A DNA stretch of 56,610 bases from an uncultured virus (IMG/VR IMGVR_UViG_3300008952_000017) (Duplodnaviria > Heunggongvirae > Uroviricota > Caudoviricetes): the IMG/VR virus record IMGVR_UViG_3300008952_000017; one strand, 5' to 3'. Below are positions 35,550 through 44,550 of the stretch, piece by piece. The notes below the pieces were generated by a model. That model ran no database searches. It worked only from the letters and a program-made list of their open reading frames with translations, and was not told where the DNA came from. Positions within the stretch are counted from its first letter, which is position 1. The number at the start of each line of letters is the position of its first letter. The translations under genes and the position numbers were made by a program.

Positions 35550-36115
35550 CATTGAAAGGAGAAATAGACGGTGAATGGACCTTAGGTGGCCACAAACTAC
35601 TGAAGGACCTAATAGCCAAATTGAAAAAAGAAGAAGAGAAGCACATCGTGACGAGTGAGAAAAATATCGGACACCCCGATTTCGTGGTTGTAGATATGCG
35701 TACGGGCTCCACTGTACGCCTGCATGGTAGGTATGTTAGAAATGCTAACCATGTTCAAGAGATAGATATGAAACGACCCAATAAATTGGTCGAATGCATA
35801 CTCTTGAAGATTATCGCTCAGATGGCGGGGGGCAAAAGTGCCCTCAAAGAAGTAATGGAGAAGGTAAGATTTGCCATGGATGACCTAGGTGATGATGCAG
35901 AGGAGACATACAGTAAATGGATTGAGAGTTATAGTGACTCTCTTGATGAGTTGAATGCCCTACTGAATCACTACATGGGGACTACCCACACAGAATGCTC
36001 AGGACAAACTAGGATAGCAGGGGAGATAATGCCCAAAGATGTCCTAGGTTTAGTCAGCACTGAAGCCCTAGAGGGCTTGGCCCGAGCGGTAGTGCAAAGG
36101 GAAGTGGTAGAGTGA
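35546..36115 (+). CDS. hypothetical protein
   Basis: ATGA overlap with the MTase stop; start moved from the track's 35441. Confidence 0.7.
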   Translation: MTLKGEIDGEWTLGGHKLLKDLIAKLKKEEEKHIVTSEKNIGHPDFVVVDMRTGSTVRLHGRYVRNANHVQEIDMKRPNKLVECILLKIIAQMAGGKSALKEVMEKVRFAMDDLGDDAEETYSKWIESYSDSLDELNALLNHYMGTTHTECSGQTRIAGEIMPKDVLGLVSTEALEGLARAVVQREVVE

Positions 36116-36330
36116 GGGCTAAGACAATACCTCATGCTGAATACGAGATACTCATGTATATCATGCAACAGATTGACATCTCGCCAATAATGAGAGAGAT
36201 GGGGCACGATAAGCATAGCATCAAGCGTGTAGAATCTGCTGCAGACGGTGTGGCTGAACTCATAGGTAATATGATGGATAGGAGAAGGCATAAACTGCCT
36301 GAGACTCACGTCGATTACAAGGAGAAGTAA
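36112..36330 (+). CDS. hypothetical protein
   Basis: GTGA-coupled ORF. Confidence 0.6.
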   Translation: MRAKTIPHAEYEILMYIMQQIDISPIMREMGHDKHSIKRVESAADGVAELIGNMMDRRRHKLPETHVDYKEK

Positions 36331-36332
36331 AT

Positions 36333-36656
36333 ATGAGTCAATGGACGAATATGATGAAGAAATACCCAGGCTATGTCACAGAAGATGGGCATTGGCTATT
36401 TCATAAATATGATGAGGACGCATATCAGAAGAGGACTGACTGTGGCTATACTAATTGGTATAAGAAGAAGAACGGCGGCTCAATGCCTGAGCGCTTTCTC
36501 GCTACTGAAGAGTTCTTGCGCTGGTGTCCCGATTGCTTCCCAGGTAGGGAAGAAAGGGACCCAATGCACAAAATTATGACAGCGATACCTGTCACAGTTA
36601 ACCCTACTAAGAGGGCGATTTATCTCATTGACCGAATAAAGAGGAGAGATGTATGA
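36333..36656 (+). CDS. hypothetical protein (CPDC)
   Basis: AAGGAG SD. Confidence 0.6.
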   Translation: MSQWTNMMKKYPGYVTEDGHWLFHKYDEDAYQKRTDCGYTNWYKKKNGGSMPERFLATEEFLRWCPDCFPGREERDPMHKIMTAIPVTVNPTKRAIYLIDRIKRRDV

Positions 36657-36707
36657 GTCAAACATGGGAAGAATATAGAAAAGCAATGAAGAAATGGAGG
36701 AATAATA

Positions 36708-37025
36708 ATGGAAAAAATAAACAAGAAGATGAATGATATAGAACGCGAAACACGACGGTTACAAGAGGTGGCCGTAGAGTTAGAATCGAAACAGGACTTT
36801 CTAGAGAAGTTGACCGAGTGCGTGACACATGGTCACGCTATAGAGATGAACCCAAAAGAAACATCTACTACGCTAGAAGAGGTGTTGTCTATGGGTGTAT
36901 GGTGCAGAAGATGTGGCTGCTATTCTATCAGTCACATATCTGTCGGGGCGTTCATAATACCTAATGATGTAGACCAAAAAGAACTAACAATACACGAATA
37001 CTTGAATGACTCGGGGCTTTCTTGA
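36708..37025 (+). CDS. coiled-coil plus Zn-ribbon protein
   Basis: C..HGH...CRRCG; GGAGG SD. Confidence 0.65.
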   Translation: MEKINKKMNDIERETRRLQEVAVELESKQDFLEKLTECVTHGHAIEMNPKETSTTLEEVLSMGVWCRRCGCYSISHISVGAFIIPNDVDQKELTIHEYLNDSGLS

Positions 37026-37330
37026 TGAGTGAAAATCAAACACATGTTAGTGGGAAATGGACTGTGAATCTAGTACTGCCAGACAGAGTAACATTGACTA
37101 AATTGGATGGGCAATTACAAGTCCTATCCTACAGTTTGTTACACGAGAGGTTTTGGTTCATAGAATCACAGCATCCTTGTGCTAACTGTTCAATGACTTA
37201 CGGGGAAGAGACCTACTCTATCTTATTGAAACATGATGACGGTAGGCGATTCACTTGTGTGAAGTGTAATTATTGTGAATCAACGAGCACATTCGACCAC
37301 AAAGATTTGGAGGGGCACACACAATGGTAA
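37022..37330 (+). CDS. Zn-ribbon protein
   Basis: CANC ... CVKCNYC. Confidence 0.65.
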   Translation: MMSENQTHVSGKWTVNLVLPDRVTLTKLDGQLQVLSYSLLHERFWFIESQHPCANCSMTYGEETYSILLKHDDGRRFTCVKCNYCESTSTFDHKDLEGHTQW

Positions 37331-37499
37331 GTCCTTATTTCGGAATGCCATGCGTAATATGCAACGGGCACTACAAGCCTGTCCATAACACACTCGTCAC
37401 AAGCAATGGACCTGCTTGTTTCACTTGTATTGATAATTGGGTTGGGGATATCTTACAAATGAGAACCCCGTGGGATAAGTCCCAATGGGGGGAAGATGA

Positions 37500-38228
37500 A
37501 TGATTGAGTGGGAACCGCAAGTTGAAGACATAGAATGGACACGTAGTGTCGTAGAAAGCATGGAAATAAACCAAGACTGGATGGAGGGTGAGATGGCATT
37601 CCGCAAGACGGGGGATACTACTCTCACTCTCCTCACTAGGACAGAGAGGGCAGAAGGCCCTGCTCAGCGTGTGAAGGTGGTGTTAGAGGACTACTTAGAT
37701 TGGGTAGTTGACGACAGTGAAGTGAAAGTAATACCTGACGACCCCGCAATGGCCGCTCAGATGATGCAACAGCAGGCTGAATCTTGGACTTGCCCTGAAT
37801 GTGACGAGCAGCGGGTGGTGAACATGAACCTAGAAAGGGTAGAATGGAAGACAGAAGGTCAGACCTACTACATTGACGAGGCTGGTGAAAGACAACCACT
37901 TGACAGGTGGGTTGTAGCAGTCCGTTGCGACTGTGGTAAACCGGTGCACCTAAGCCCTGATGACTACTTCTTGGTTGCAGGGGAACTTAACTTCTACACA
38001 TGGTATATTGACATAGCAAGTAATGATACTCTCTCCGACGGTATGACTCATCATCAAATAGCACGAGTGCTAAACTCTGAGCAGATAGTCAGTTTGGTAG
38101 ACAGTGGGGGCCTCGAGGGGTTGGAAACTACTCATTTAGGAACAACATACCAAAACAAGACAGTGCCTCCCCATATGCGCGGCACGTTCTGCGATATCTT
38201 TGAAGTGGCTATGGATGAGGAGGAGTGA
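37500..38228 (+). CDS. hypothetical Zn-ribbon protein
   Basis: CPEC ... CDCG; ends EEE. Confidence 0.75.
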   Translation: MIEWEPQVEDIEWTRSVVESMEINQDWMEGEMAFRKTGDTTLTLLTRTERAEGPAQRVKVVLEDYLDWVVDDSEVKVIPDDPAMAAQMMQQQAESWTCPECDEQRVVNMNLERVEWKTEGQTYYIDEAGERQPLDRWVVAVRCDCGKPVHLSPDDYFLVAGELNFYTWYIDIASNDTLSDGMTHHQIARVLNSEQIVSLVDSGGLEGLETTHLGTTYQNKTVPPHMRGTFCDIFEVAMDEEE

Positions 38229-38695
38229 TTGTCATGCGCACCGCTAGGTTAAGGCAGAAAATCAAGGAGTTTCTTTCCGAAAGGGGGGAAGCAAGTAGCA
38301 CAGAAATAGCAGAATATGTGAACTCTACAATGAGGCACGGCACCACCATGCAACAGTTAGGGAACATATTATCGAAAGATAGACACATCATGAAAGTGGG
38401 CTCGACCATTAAGGCTGGGGCTTTAACGGGCCGCTACGAGATGTGCGTGTGGTCACTCAAACCGGAGTATGCCGAAGAAGCGGCATTAAGTCCTGAGGAA
38501 CTGGCTACTCACATCATAAATTGGCTGGGGGAGCAAGAGCCTGGATTCTATCAAGCAAGGCAGATTAAGAATGGGCTTAACACTCATGTGATATCTTCTA
38601 AGACATTCAGTCTAATCTGCAAAAAGGCACCCGAATGGTTGTCTATAGAGAAGAACAACACCGGTAGAATATACAAAGTCCTGCCACGAAGTTGA
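38225..38695 (+). CDS. DUF3860-like winged-helix DNA-binding protein
   Basis: RLRQKIKEFL...EI.EYVNSTMRHGTT.QQLGN.LSKD resembles a family I recall from marine Euryarchaeota. Confidence 0.7.
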   Translation: MIVMRTARLRQKIKEFLSERGEASSTEIAEYVNSTMRHGTTMQQLGNILSKDRHIMKVGSTIKAGALTGRYEMCVWSLKPEYAEEAALSPEELATHIINWLGEQEPGFYQARQIKNGLNTHVISSKTFSLICKKAPEWLSIEKNNTGRIYKVLPRS

Positions 38696-38720
38696 AGTAC
38701 TACCTCGACTTGGTCAGCCT

Positions 38721-40061
38721 ATGAGGTTGGATGAAGCAGCGTTATTGATTGCTGCAGTTAACACCGCACGCACACAAGAACAGGAGCGGCTCCTCTACGA
38801 TTTCTTAGTAGAGCATAAGGGCCATATTGAAGAGTTCTGCTCTCTTCTCTATGGCCCTGCTCTAATCAAACCCGAACATGTGATGAGTGCAATCCATCGT
38901 AGTTATGGTGTATTCCCCGAGGAGTTCGAGTTAGTAGAAGGAGTCCCTCTAGTTCCCAGCCTAGCCTCAGAATCTCCCGATGAATGTAACGAGCAATTGA
39001 CTATCCTTGAAGCCCTCTCCTTAGTGAGTTCAATTCAAGAACGAGGGGTAGACATCACATTAGTAATGAATAGGATGGATAAGCGGTCAGCAGAAGCAGT
39101 ATGGTGCAGAGCACTGGGGGATGGCCCTATCCTGCCTCGTAAGAGATTGCTGAGGGCCGTCGCGCATGGTGGGGGCAAGTACACCCCCGAGAGGCTTACA
39201 CAGGCTCTCTCTGTAGAGGACATGCCCACTGTCTTAAGGAGGGCAATTGAGGGGGAATTGTCTGATAAGTTTCTCATAGAACCAGGTCATCCATTCAAAG
39301 GCCCTTCATTCGCTAGATGGCGATATTGGTCCATGCCTTTCGAGCACACCTACTATGACATCATCAGCGGGCCTAGATATTATGCCCATCAAGTGCATGA
39401 GAGGATTTTCATCTACAACACATCAGGCCATATGGTCAAGGGGGAAGACATAGCAGGTCTACCAATTGGGGAAGATTGCATAGCGCTTATTGACAATGAA
39501 GGTGAGGTAATAGAATGGTTACACACTTCTGACAACCCTAACCTGTGGTGTGAGAATTACCCAATTAGGGCAGTCAAACCAACCAAGGTTAGAGATGAAG
39601 CCCATTTAAGGGCATTGTCTGAAAGCCTCAAAGACAACGAAGTGATACGACTAATAGATGGTGATAGAGGGCACATTCACAACGGACATAAAGGCGGCTT
39701 CATTCTACCGAGGCGTGTATTTGAATTACCTTTGTTGATAACACAAGGAAAGACGAAAACAGATGGGGAATGGGCAGTGCTACGAATAGAGGCAATGGAC
39801 GGATTCGACCCTATTCATGTAGGATACGCCAACATTGAGAAGAGTAAGATACCTAATCATGAGATTCTACGAGAGGGTTGTAGCAAACGAGTATGGTCGG
39901 AATTAGACCCTCCTTTGGTTGGTTCTTTCCACGCATTACGTTGTAAGGGCGGTAAAGTCGAAGGTGCATACCTTGTATCACTTGACACCGATTTCGGAAT
40001 GAGTGATGTGATGCAGTATGGTGATTTATGGACTATTGATGGACATGGACAAGAGCGATGA
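38721..40061 (+). CDS. degenerate ATP-dependent DNA ligase-like protein
   Basis: Ligase-like size and layout; PGHPFKGP (cf. G.P..PML) and YDIISGPRYYAH (cf. E.KYDG.R.Q.H), but no KxDG lysine. Confidence 0.55.
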   Translation: MRLDEAALLIAAVNTARTQEQERLLYDFLVEHKGHIEEFCSLLYGPALIKPEHVMSAIHRSYGVFPEEFELVEGVPLVPSLASESPDECNEQLTILEALSLVSSIQERGVDITLVMNRMDKRSAEAVWCRALGDGPILPRKRLLRAVAHGGGKYTPERLTQALSVEDMPTVLRRAIEGELSDKFLIEPGHPFKGPSFARWRYWSMPFEHTYYDIISGPRYYAHQVHERIFIYNTSGHMVKGEDIAGLPIGEDCIALIDNEGEVIEWLHTSDNPNLWCENYPIRAVKPTKVRDEAHLRALSESLKDNEVIRLIDGDRGHIHNGHKGGFILPRRVFELPLLITQGKTKTDGEWAVLRIEAMDGFDPIHVGYANIEKSKIPNHEILREGCSKRVWSELDPPLVGSFHALRCKGGKVEGAYLVSLDTDFGMSDVMQYGDLWTIDGHGQER

Positions 40062-40410
40062 TTTCTTCCTAGCATGGCTAGCACGAGATGCTAGATTTCA
40101 AGCGAGTGTGCACTTTGCACCCAAAACCAAACTGGGGTATAGAGTGCATAGGAAAGTATACACAAGCATGGAAGATGAACCACATCTCAACATGTGGCTT
40201 GCCCATCAAGGAATACACGGGCGCGTATTAAGAGATATCAAACAAATTAGGAAGGTGCTGGCACTATTAGAGCCTGTGTGGGGGGCAGTGAAGGATAGAG
40301 CGAACCTAGATAGTTTGTTACTAACAATGAACACTAGCACTGCAAGAAAAATGACCTTTCCCGAATTAGAATCACTAATTCAGAAACTCGATTCTTATTA
40401 CAATAACTAG
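40039..40410 (+). CDS. degenerate LAGLIDADG-like protein
   Basis: FLAWLARDARFQASV...KLGYRV resembles the single-motif LAGLIDADG helix and following strands. Confidence 0.4.
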   Translation: MDMDKSDDFFLAWLARDARFQASVHFAPKTKLGYRVHRKVYTSMEDEPHLNMWLAHQGIHGRVLRDIKQIRKVLALLEPVWGAVKDRANLDSLLLTMNTSTARKMTFPELESLIQKLDSYYNN

Positions 40411-40469
40411 GCAATAAAGCAATAATCTTGCGAATGTTGATATACCTGGTTCGCTCGGGTAGCAAGTCC

Positions 40470-41351
40470 ATGAAGTTAGAAGAGATGATACATGACGACG
40501 ACCACCCCCTAAATGAAATAAAATCAATGATTAGTGAGGGTGAAGTTCCTGACCTGCTATTAGTTGGTCCACCAGGAACTGGTAAAACAACCACTGCTCA
40601 TGCCATAGCGCAGGCATTGGATGCAGACCTACACGAGTTCAATACATCAGACGAACGTGGTATTGATTTTGTGCGTACGCGCGTGAAGGAACTTGCTACT
40701 CAAAGGGGCTATGGTGAAGCCACTGTCATTCTATTGGATGAGGCTGACGGTCTTACCAAACAAGCACAGGATGCTCTACGCAGAACCATGGAAACAGGAC
40801 ATGCACTATTCATACTTACAGCAAACGAGGGAGCGAACATCACACCGGCTATCAGTTCACGTTGTCATACCTTTACGTTCCGCTCTTACAATGCTGGAGA
40901 GGTACTAACTCTCCTAAAAACGAAATGGATACAGGCTACAGAAGAGAATGCTGTAGCAGTGTGCTCTGCTTGGAATGGTGACCTCCGAGAGATTACAAGA
41001 GCCATACACTTCTCAGGTAGCATACATGACCTGTTGGTCAAAGCAGGTAATGCGGCAGAGGCATATGCTGCCCCTTCACTATCCATAGCAGGTGGTGATT
41101 GGGAGAGCCTCAGACAAGAACTACTCGCTTTATGTGGAGTAGGAGGACAATCTACACTATCTATTCTTAACAGGTTGCACGACAGGGTGCGACAACTTGA
41201 TATGGAACCGGCTAGGTTCCACCACTATTCCCGCGTTTGGGGAGACGCAGTACTAGCCACACACCAATGGCCGCTTGGAAGAGAGGGGTTCATTGATTGG
41301 TTCGTGGGTAGCCTTGCTTCCCAATGGGAAAGGAAGAAGAAACATGAGTAA
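40470..41351 (+). CDS. rfcS: replication factor C small subunit (clamp loader)
   Basis: LLLVGPPGTGKTT, EFNTSDERGIDFVR, ILLDEADGLT..AQ.ALRRTME, SRC. Confidence 0.9.
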   Translation: MKLEEMIHDDDHPLNEIKSMISEGEVPDLLLVGPPGTGKTTTAHAIAQALDADLHEFNTSDERGIDFVRTRVKELATQRGYGEATVILLDEADGLTKQAQDALRRTMETGHALFILTANEGANITPAISSRCHTFTFRSYNAGEVLTLLKTKWIQATEENAVAVCSAWNGDLREITRAIHFSGSIHDLLVKAGNAAEAYAAPSLSIAGGDWESLRQELLALCGVGGQSTLSILNRLHDRVRQLDMEPARFHHYSRVWGDAVLATHQWPLGREGFIDWFVGSLASQWERKKKHE

Positions 41352-42654
41352 TTATGAAGCAAGTGAAGAAGTAAAAGAAAGACTGCATTGGTATGCCGAG
41401 CAACATGGCATGTCAGAAGAGGCTGCTACTAAGCAGTATCTTGAGTATATCGAGGAGCATCTTGGTATAGTCAACCCACATGAAGAAGATGAGGACTTCC
41501 TCGTCGACGCTGCAGAGACCTTCGTAGTAGAAAGGAGAGTAATGCAAACACCAGGCGGCAACAGTGTAGAACTGGTCGGGTGCTTCGTGGCAGTGGAGAG
41601 CAAGATACGAGATAAGCGTGAAAGAGTGCGTAACGAAGCACTCGAGCACGCTAGGGCGGACCTAAACAAGGCTATCGAAGATGGTATTGTAGCACGTGCC
41701 TTTGTAGAGACCGGAGTATGGATGCTCGAGAAGGGAGGAGGAATAGTAGCCTCCACACAGGAGAGGTTCGTTGAAGGCGAAGACCCTTGGTTCCTCATTA
41801 GAGACAGTGGAATGACGCTGTGTCTACTACAGAACAATCCTGATTGGGCTCGACATGGTGAACCTATAGGCCCATACCTGTATAGTCGCACCTATCGGTT
41901 CAGTGGTAACACAATAGAGCACTTCAGTGACGAAATGCAACTATTGAGAATAGATGTTAGTGGCTCCACTGAAGACAGTGTGTCACAACCTGTTGATATA
42001 GGATATCCTTGCAAAATACGGGTACGACCACAAGGTAACACAATCAGTCCAGGGTGGGAAGATGTCTATAGAGGAGCAAACAACTTCTTCGCCAACATCG
42101 CCTACACAGACGATTTTGTTGACAAGGAAGACCGACAATACCTTAGGGGTGAGATACTCATGAGTGGAATGGATTGCTACGTAGCAGACCTCACCGAACT
42201 CATGGAAGTCTATCAGCAACAGTCTGAGACCATAGTAGGATTCGACAACCCTATCGGGCCGCTAGTATGTATCAGTGGACGAGTCACTGACATTAACAGA
42301 GTGGGATATGACAGTGATTTCGACCCTTGGGGTAAGGACTACACCATGCGTGTGTCCTCGTTCCAATTACAAAGGGAGTTTGTAGACAACATGTGGCGCC
42401 GTGAGGTGTCTGTGAGAGTCCACGGCTTCCTAGGTGATGTCAACCACGGGTTCGACTATCAAGGACGTGAAGGTCGAAAGCCTTACGCAATTAGGTCTCA
42501 AGTCTACATCTTCGGTCGTCTCGGAATAAGAGTCACTGACGAAGGAGAAGTGCCTACTATCAAAGCAACAGGCATCTATGCACCACCACGACTAGCGATA
42601 CCTGCTGGTGAAGGTGGCGACACAAGTCTAGGCCAATTCAGTGGTGGTAACTGA
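41344..42654 (+). CDS. probable ssDNA-binding RPA-like (OB-fold) protein
   Basis: Lies between RFC and the ATPase; ISGRVTDI..., VYIFGRL strands look OB-like; C-terminal TSLGQF. Mostly positional inference. Confidence 0.5.
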   Translation: MSNYEASEEVKERLHWYAEQHGMSEEAATKQYLEYIEEHLGIVNPHEEDEDFLVDAAETFVVERRVMQTPGGNSVELVGCFVAVESKIRDKRERVRNEALEHARADLNKAIEDGIVARAFVETGVWMLEKGGGIVASTQERFVEGEDPWFLIRDSGMTLCLLQNNPDWARHGEPIGPYLYSRTYRFSGNTIEHFSDEMQLLRIDVSGSTEDSVSQPVDIGYPCKIRVRPQGNTISPGWEDVYRGANNFFANIAYTDDFVDKEDRQYLRGEILMSGMDCYVADLTELMEVYQQQSETIVGFDNPIGPLVCISGRVTDINRVGYDSDFDPWGKDYTMRVSSFQLQREFVDNMWRREVSVRVHGFLGDVNHGFDYQGREGRKPYAIRSQVYIFGRLGIRVTDEGEVPTIKATGIYAPPRLAIPAGEGGDTSLGQFSGGN

Positions 42655-43619
42655 TGAGTGGTTTCAAAGCACTGAAGGACAAAGAGGCCCTTGTTGAACA
42701 GCCACCCGAAAGTCAACACAAGCACCCAGGGAAGGAACAATACCCTTCTCTCGTAAATGCTCAGAAGCACGATTGGTTCGCTGAAGAAGTAGAGCCTATC
42801 ACAGGCGAGTTCACTGGAATCATTGGTGATGACGGGACATGCAAGACTGCAATAGCCCTCAACGGCATTCCAGAAGGACAGTGTTGCCTCATTGTCGATT
42901 TCGATGGTGGTGGACAACGCCTTAGGGATTCTTTCTATGAACACAGGCGAAGTGAGTTCAAGTGTCAGAACCCATGGGTAATGCAGGCAGGTGAGTCTAG
43001 AACGGCTTACGACTACCCTTCTACACACAACAAGGTCATGAAGATAGTCACTGAGGCTCTTACGTGGGCCAAAGTGCAATTAGACCCAGGATACCAAGGA
43101 CCACGTCTACACACAGTCCTAGTGACTGCAGTAGACCTTTGGGATAGCGTGGCTAAGTCATGTATGTTCATTGAAGACCTAGGAACCGCTCCAGACGGTA
43201 TTGGAGCGTCTATTAGTCCTCAAGAGAAGGTAGGTATGAGGTTTAATTGGCAAATCCGAACCACTAGGTTCCACCAATTGACATCTATGTGCCGTGAACT
43301 AACTCGATTAGGAGTCAATGTGGTCTATGAGACGCATTGGAACTATGAACAGAAGGCAGACGGTTCCATGACGGGTAAGAAATACCCCAAATGGGAAAAG
43401 CAAACTAGTAACTACCTACACACCATCATAGAGATGTCTAGGAACAAGATTAGGGACGATGAAGGGCGACTAACAGGCGAAACTCGCTATGAGGCAAGTT
43501 TCACCAAATCACGCTCTAAGCCCCACCTACTAGACCAAACTAGGCTTGTGATGGCGACCTACAAAGACCAGCCACTCAAGTGGCACGGCCTGCCCGAACT
43601 ATTGGGTGAGGGACAATGA
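42654..43619 (+). CDS. RecA/RadA- or Sak4-like (AAA_24) ATPase
   Basis: Walker A variant GDDGTCKT, LIVDFDGG, VVYETH. Confidence 0.7.
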   Translation: MSGFKALKDKEALVEQPPESQHKHPGKEQYPSLVNAQKHDWFAEEVEPITGEFTGIIGDDGTCKTAIALNGIPEGQCCLIVDFDGGGQRLRDSFYEHRRSEFKCQNPWVMQAGESRTAYDYPSTHNKVMKIVTEALTWAKVQLDPGYQGPRLHTVLVTAVDLWDSVAKSCMFIEDLGTAPDGIGASISPQEKVGMRFNWQIRTTRFHQLTSMCRELTRLGVNVVYETHWNYEQKADGSMTGKKYPKWEKQTSNYLHTIIEMSRNKIRDDEGRLTGETRYEASFTKSRSKPHLLDQTRLVMATYKDQPLKWHGLPELLGEGQ

Positions 43620-43807
43620 CTTGCCCCCTATGTGGGGGCACAGGAGTCTGCGTAGAGGTGGGTTACGCCTCTAATGGGGAAAAGGAACCTTGGCCCACTA
43701 TGTGTGCGTGTAATGAACCGGACCGAAAAGTTGATATATACGATGTATGCGAAGCCTCGCTGAAATCGAGGGACTGCTCTAAGGAGAGGGTAGAATCACC
43801 CAAATAA
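43616..43807 (+). CDS. small Zn-finger protein
   Basis: CPLCGGTG ... CAC; ATGA-coupled. Confidence 0.5.
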   Translation: MTCPLCGGTGVCVEVGYASNGEKEPWPTMCACNEPDRKVDIYDVCEASLKSRDCSKERVESPK

Positions 43808-44550
43808 CACTCGGGAAGGCTTCTCTCACTTCATTTTTAACGGGCTTTGGGCCAGGTGTGGGGGACCTGCGTCTCAAAGCCCACCAAATGAGACTGAGTG
43901 GCACTGTAGCCCTACCCACCCACATGCTACACACGTCAGTAAGTGCTGACATAACAGACTCCGGCTCTATAGTGATAGCAGACTTACACAAAGCATTGAC
44001 TTTCATCAAGAGTCTGCCTAAAGATTCCATGATTACATTATGGCAACCGAAGGACTCTACTTTGAGGATTATATCAGGGAAGACTAGCCTCAATCTGCCA
44101 ACCACTGATTATGTGCACTCTTTCAAGAGTGTCAGTAAGGCAAAGGCCCTGCTCAATGAGGCTGAAAGTAATCATTGGAAGACATGGGCCGGACGAGCAC
44201 TTACTTGTTATGGTAAGGTGAACTCCGAAGACCTCTTCCAAGTCAAATCCAGTGAGAAAATAATAGGTAAGGACCTGCCTATTGAGTGCGAGTTTGATAC
44301 CAACAGCGCCATGTGGACCATCAACATCGGCAACAAAGGAGGGGCTAGAATGAGCGTAGGTATAGATATTGAAGACTGTGACGGCCCTCCTGAGCCATGC
44401 ACATCTATATTTGGTGGTTGGTTACCTCACGCTCTCCTCACAATTCCTAGTGGCACAGTAGAACTATACACTGCAAATGATTTTGTCGCTATATTCCGCC
44501 ACACCACCAAGGACCATGTCTTATTGGTGATGGACAAGAGAGGGGATTGA
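43795..44550 (+). CDS. probable sliding clamp (PCNA-like); near-cognate ATC start proposed
   Basis: ~250 aa with a clamp-like alternating strand/helix pattern, directly before polB and near RFC. Frame is open from 43783 with GGAGAGGG before ATC 43795. Confidence 0.55.
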   Translation: MTQITLGKASLTSFLTGFGPGVGDLRLKAHQMRLSGTVALPTHMLHTSVSADITDSGSIVIADLHKALTFIKSLPKDSMITLWQPKDSTLRIISGKTSLNLPTTDYVHSFKSVSKAKALLNEAESNHWKTWAGRALTCYGKVNSEDLFQVKSSEKIIGKDLPIECEFDTNSAMWTINIGNKGGARMSVGIDIEDCDGPPEPCTSIFGGWLPHALLTIPSGTVELYTANDFVAIFRHTTKDHVLLVMDKRGD

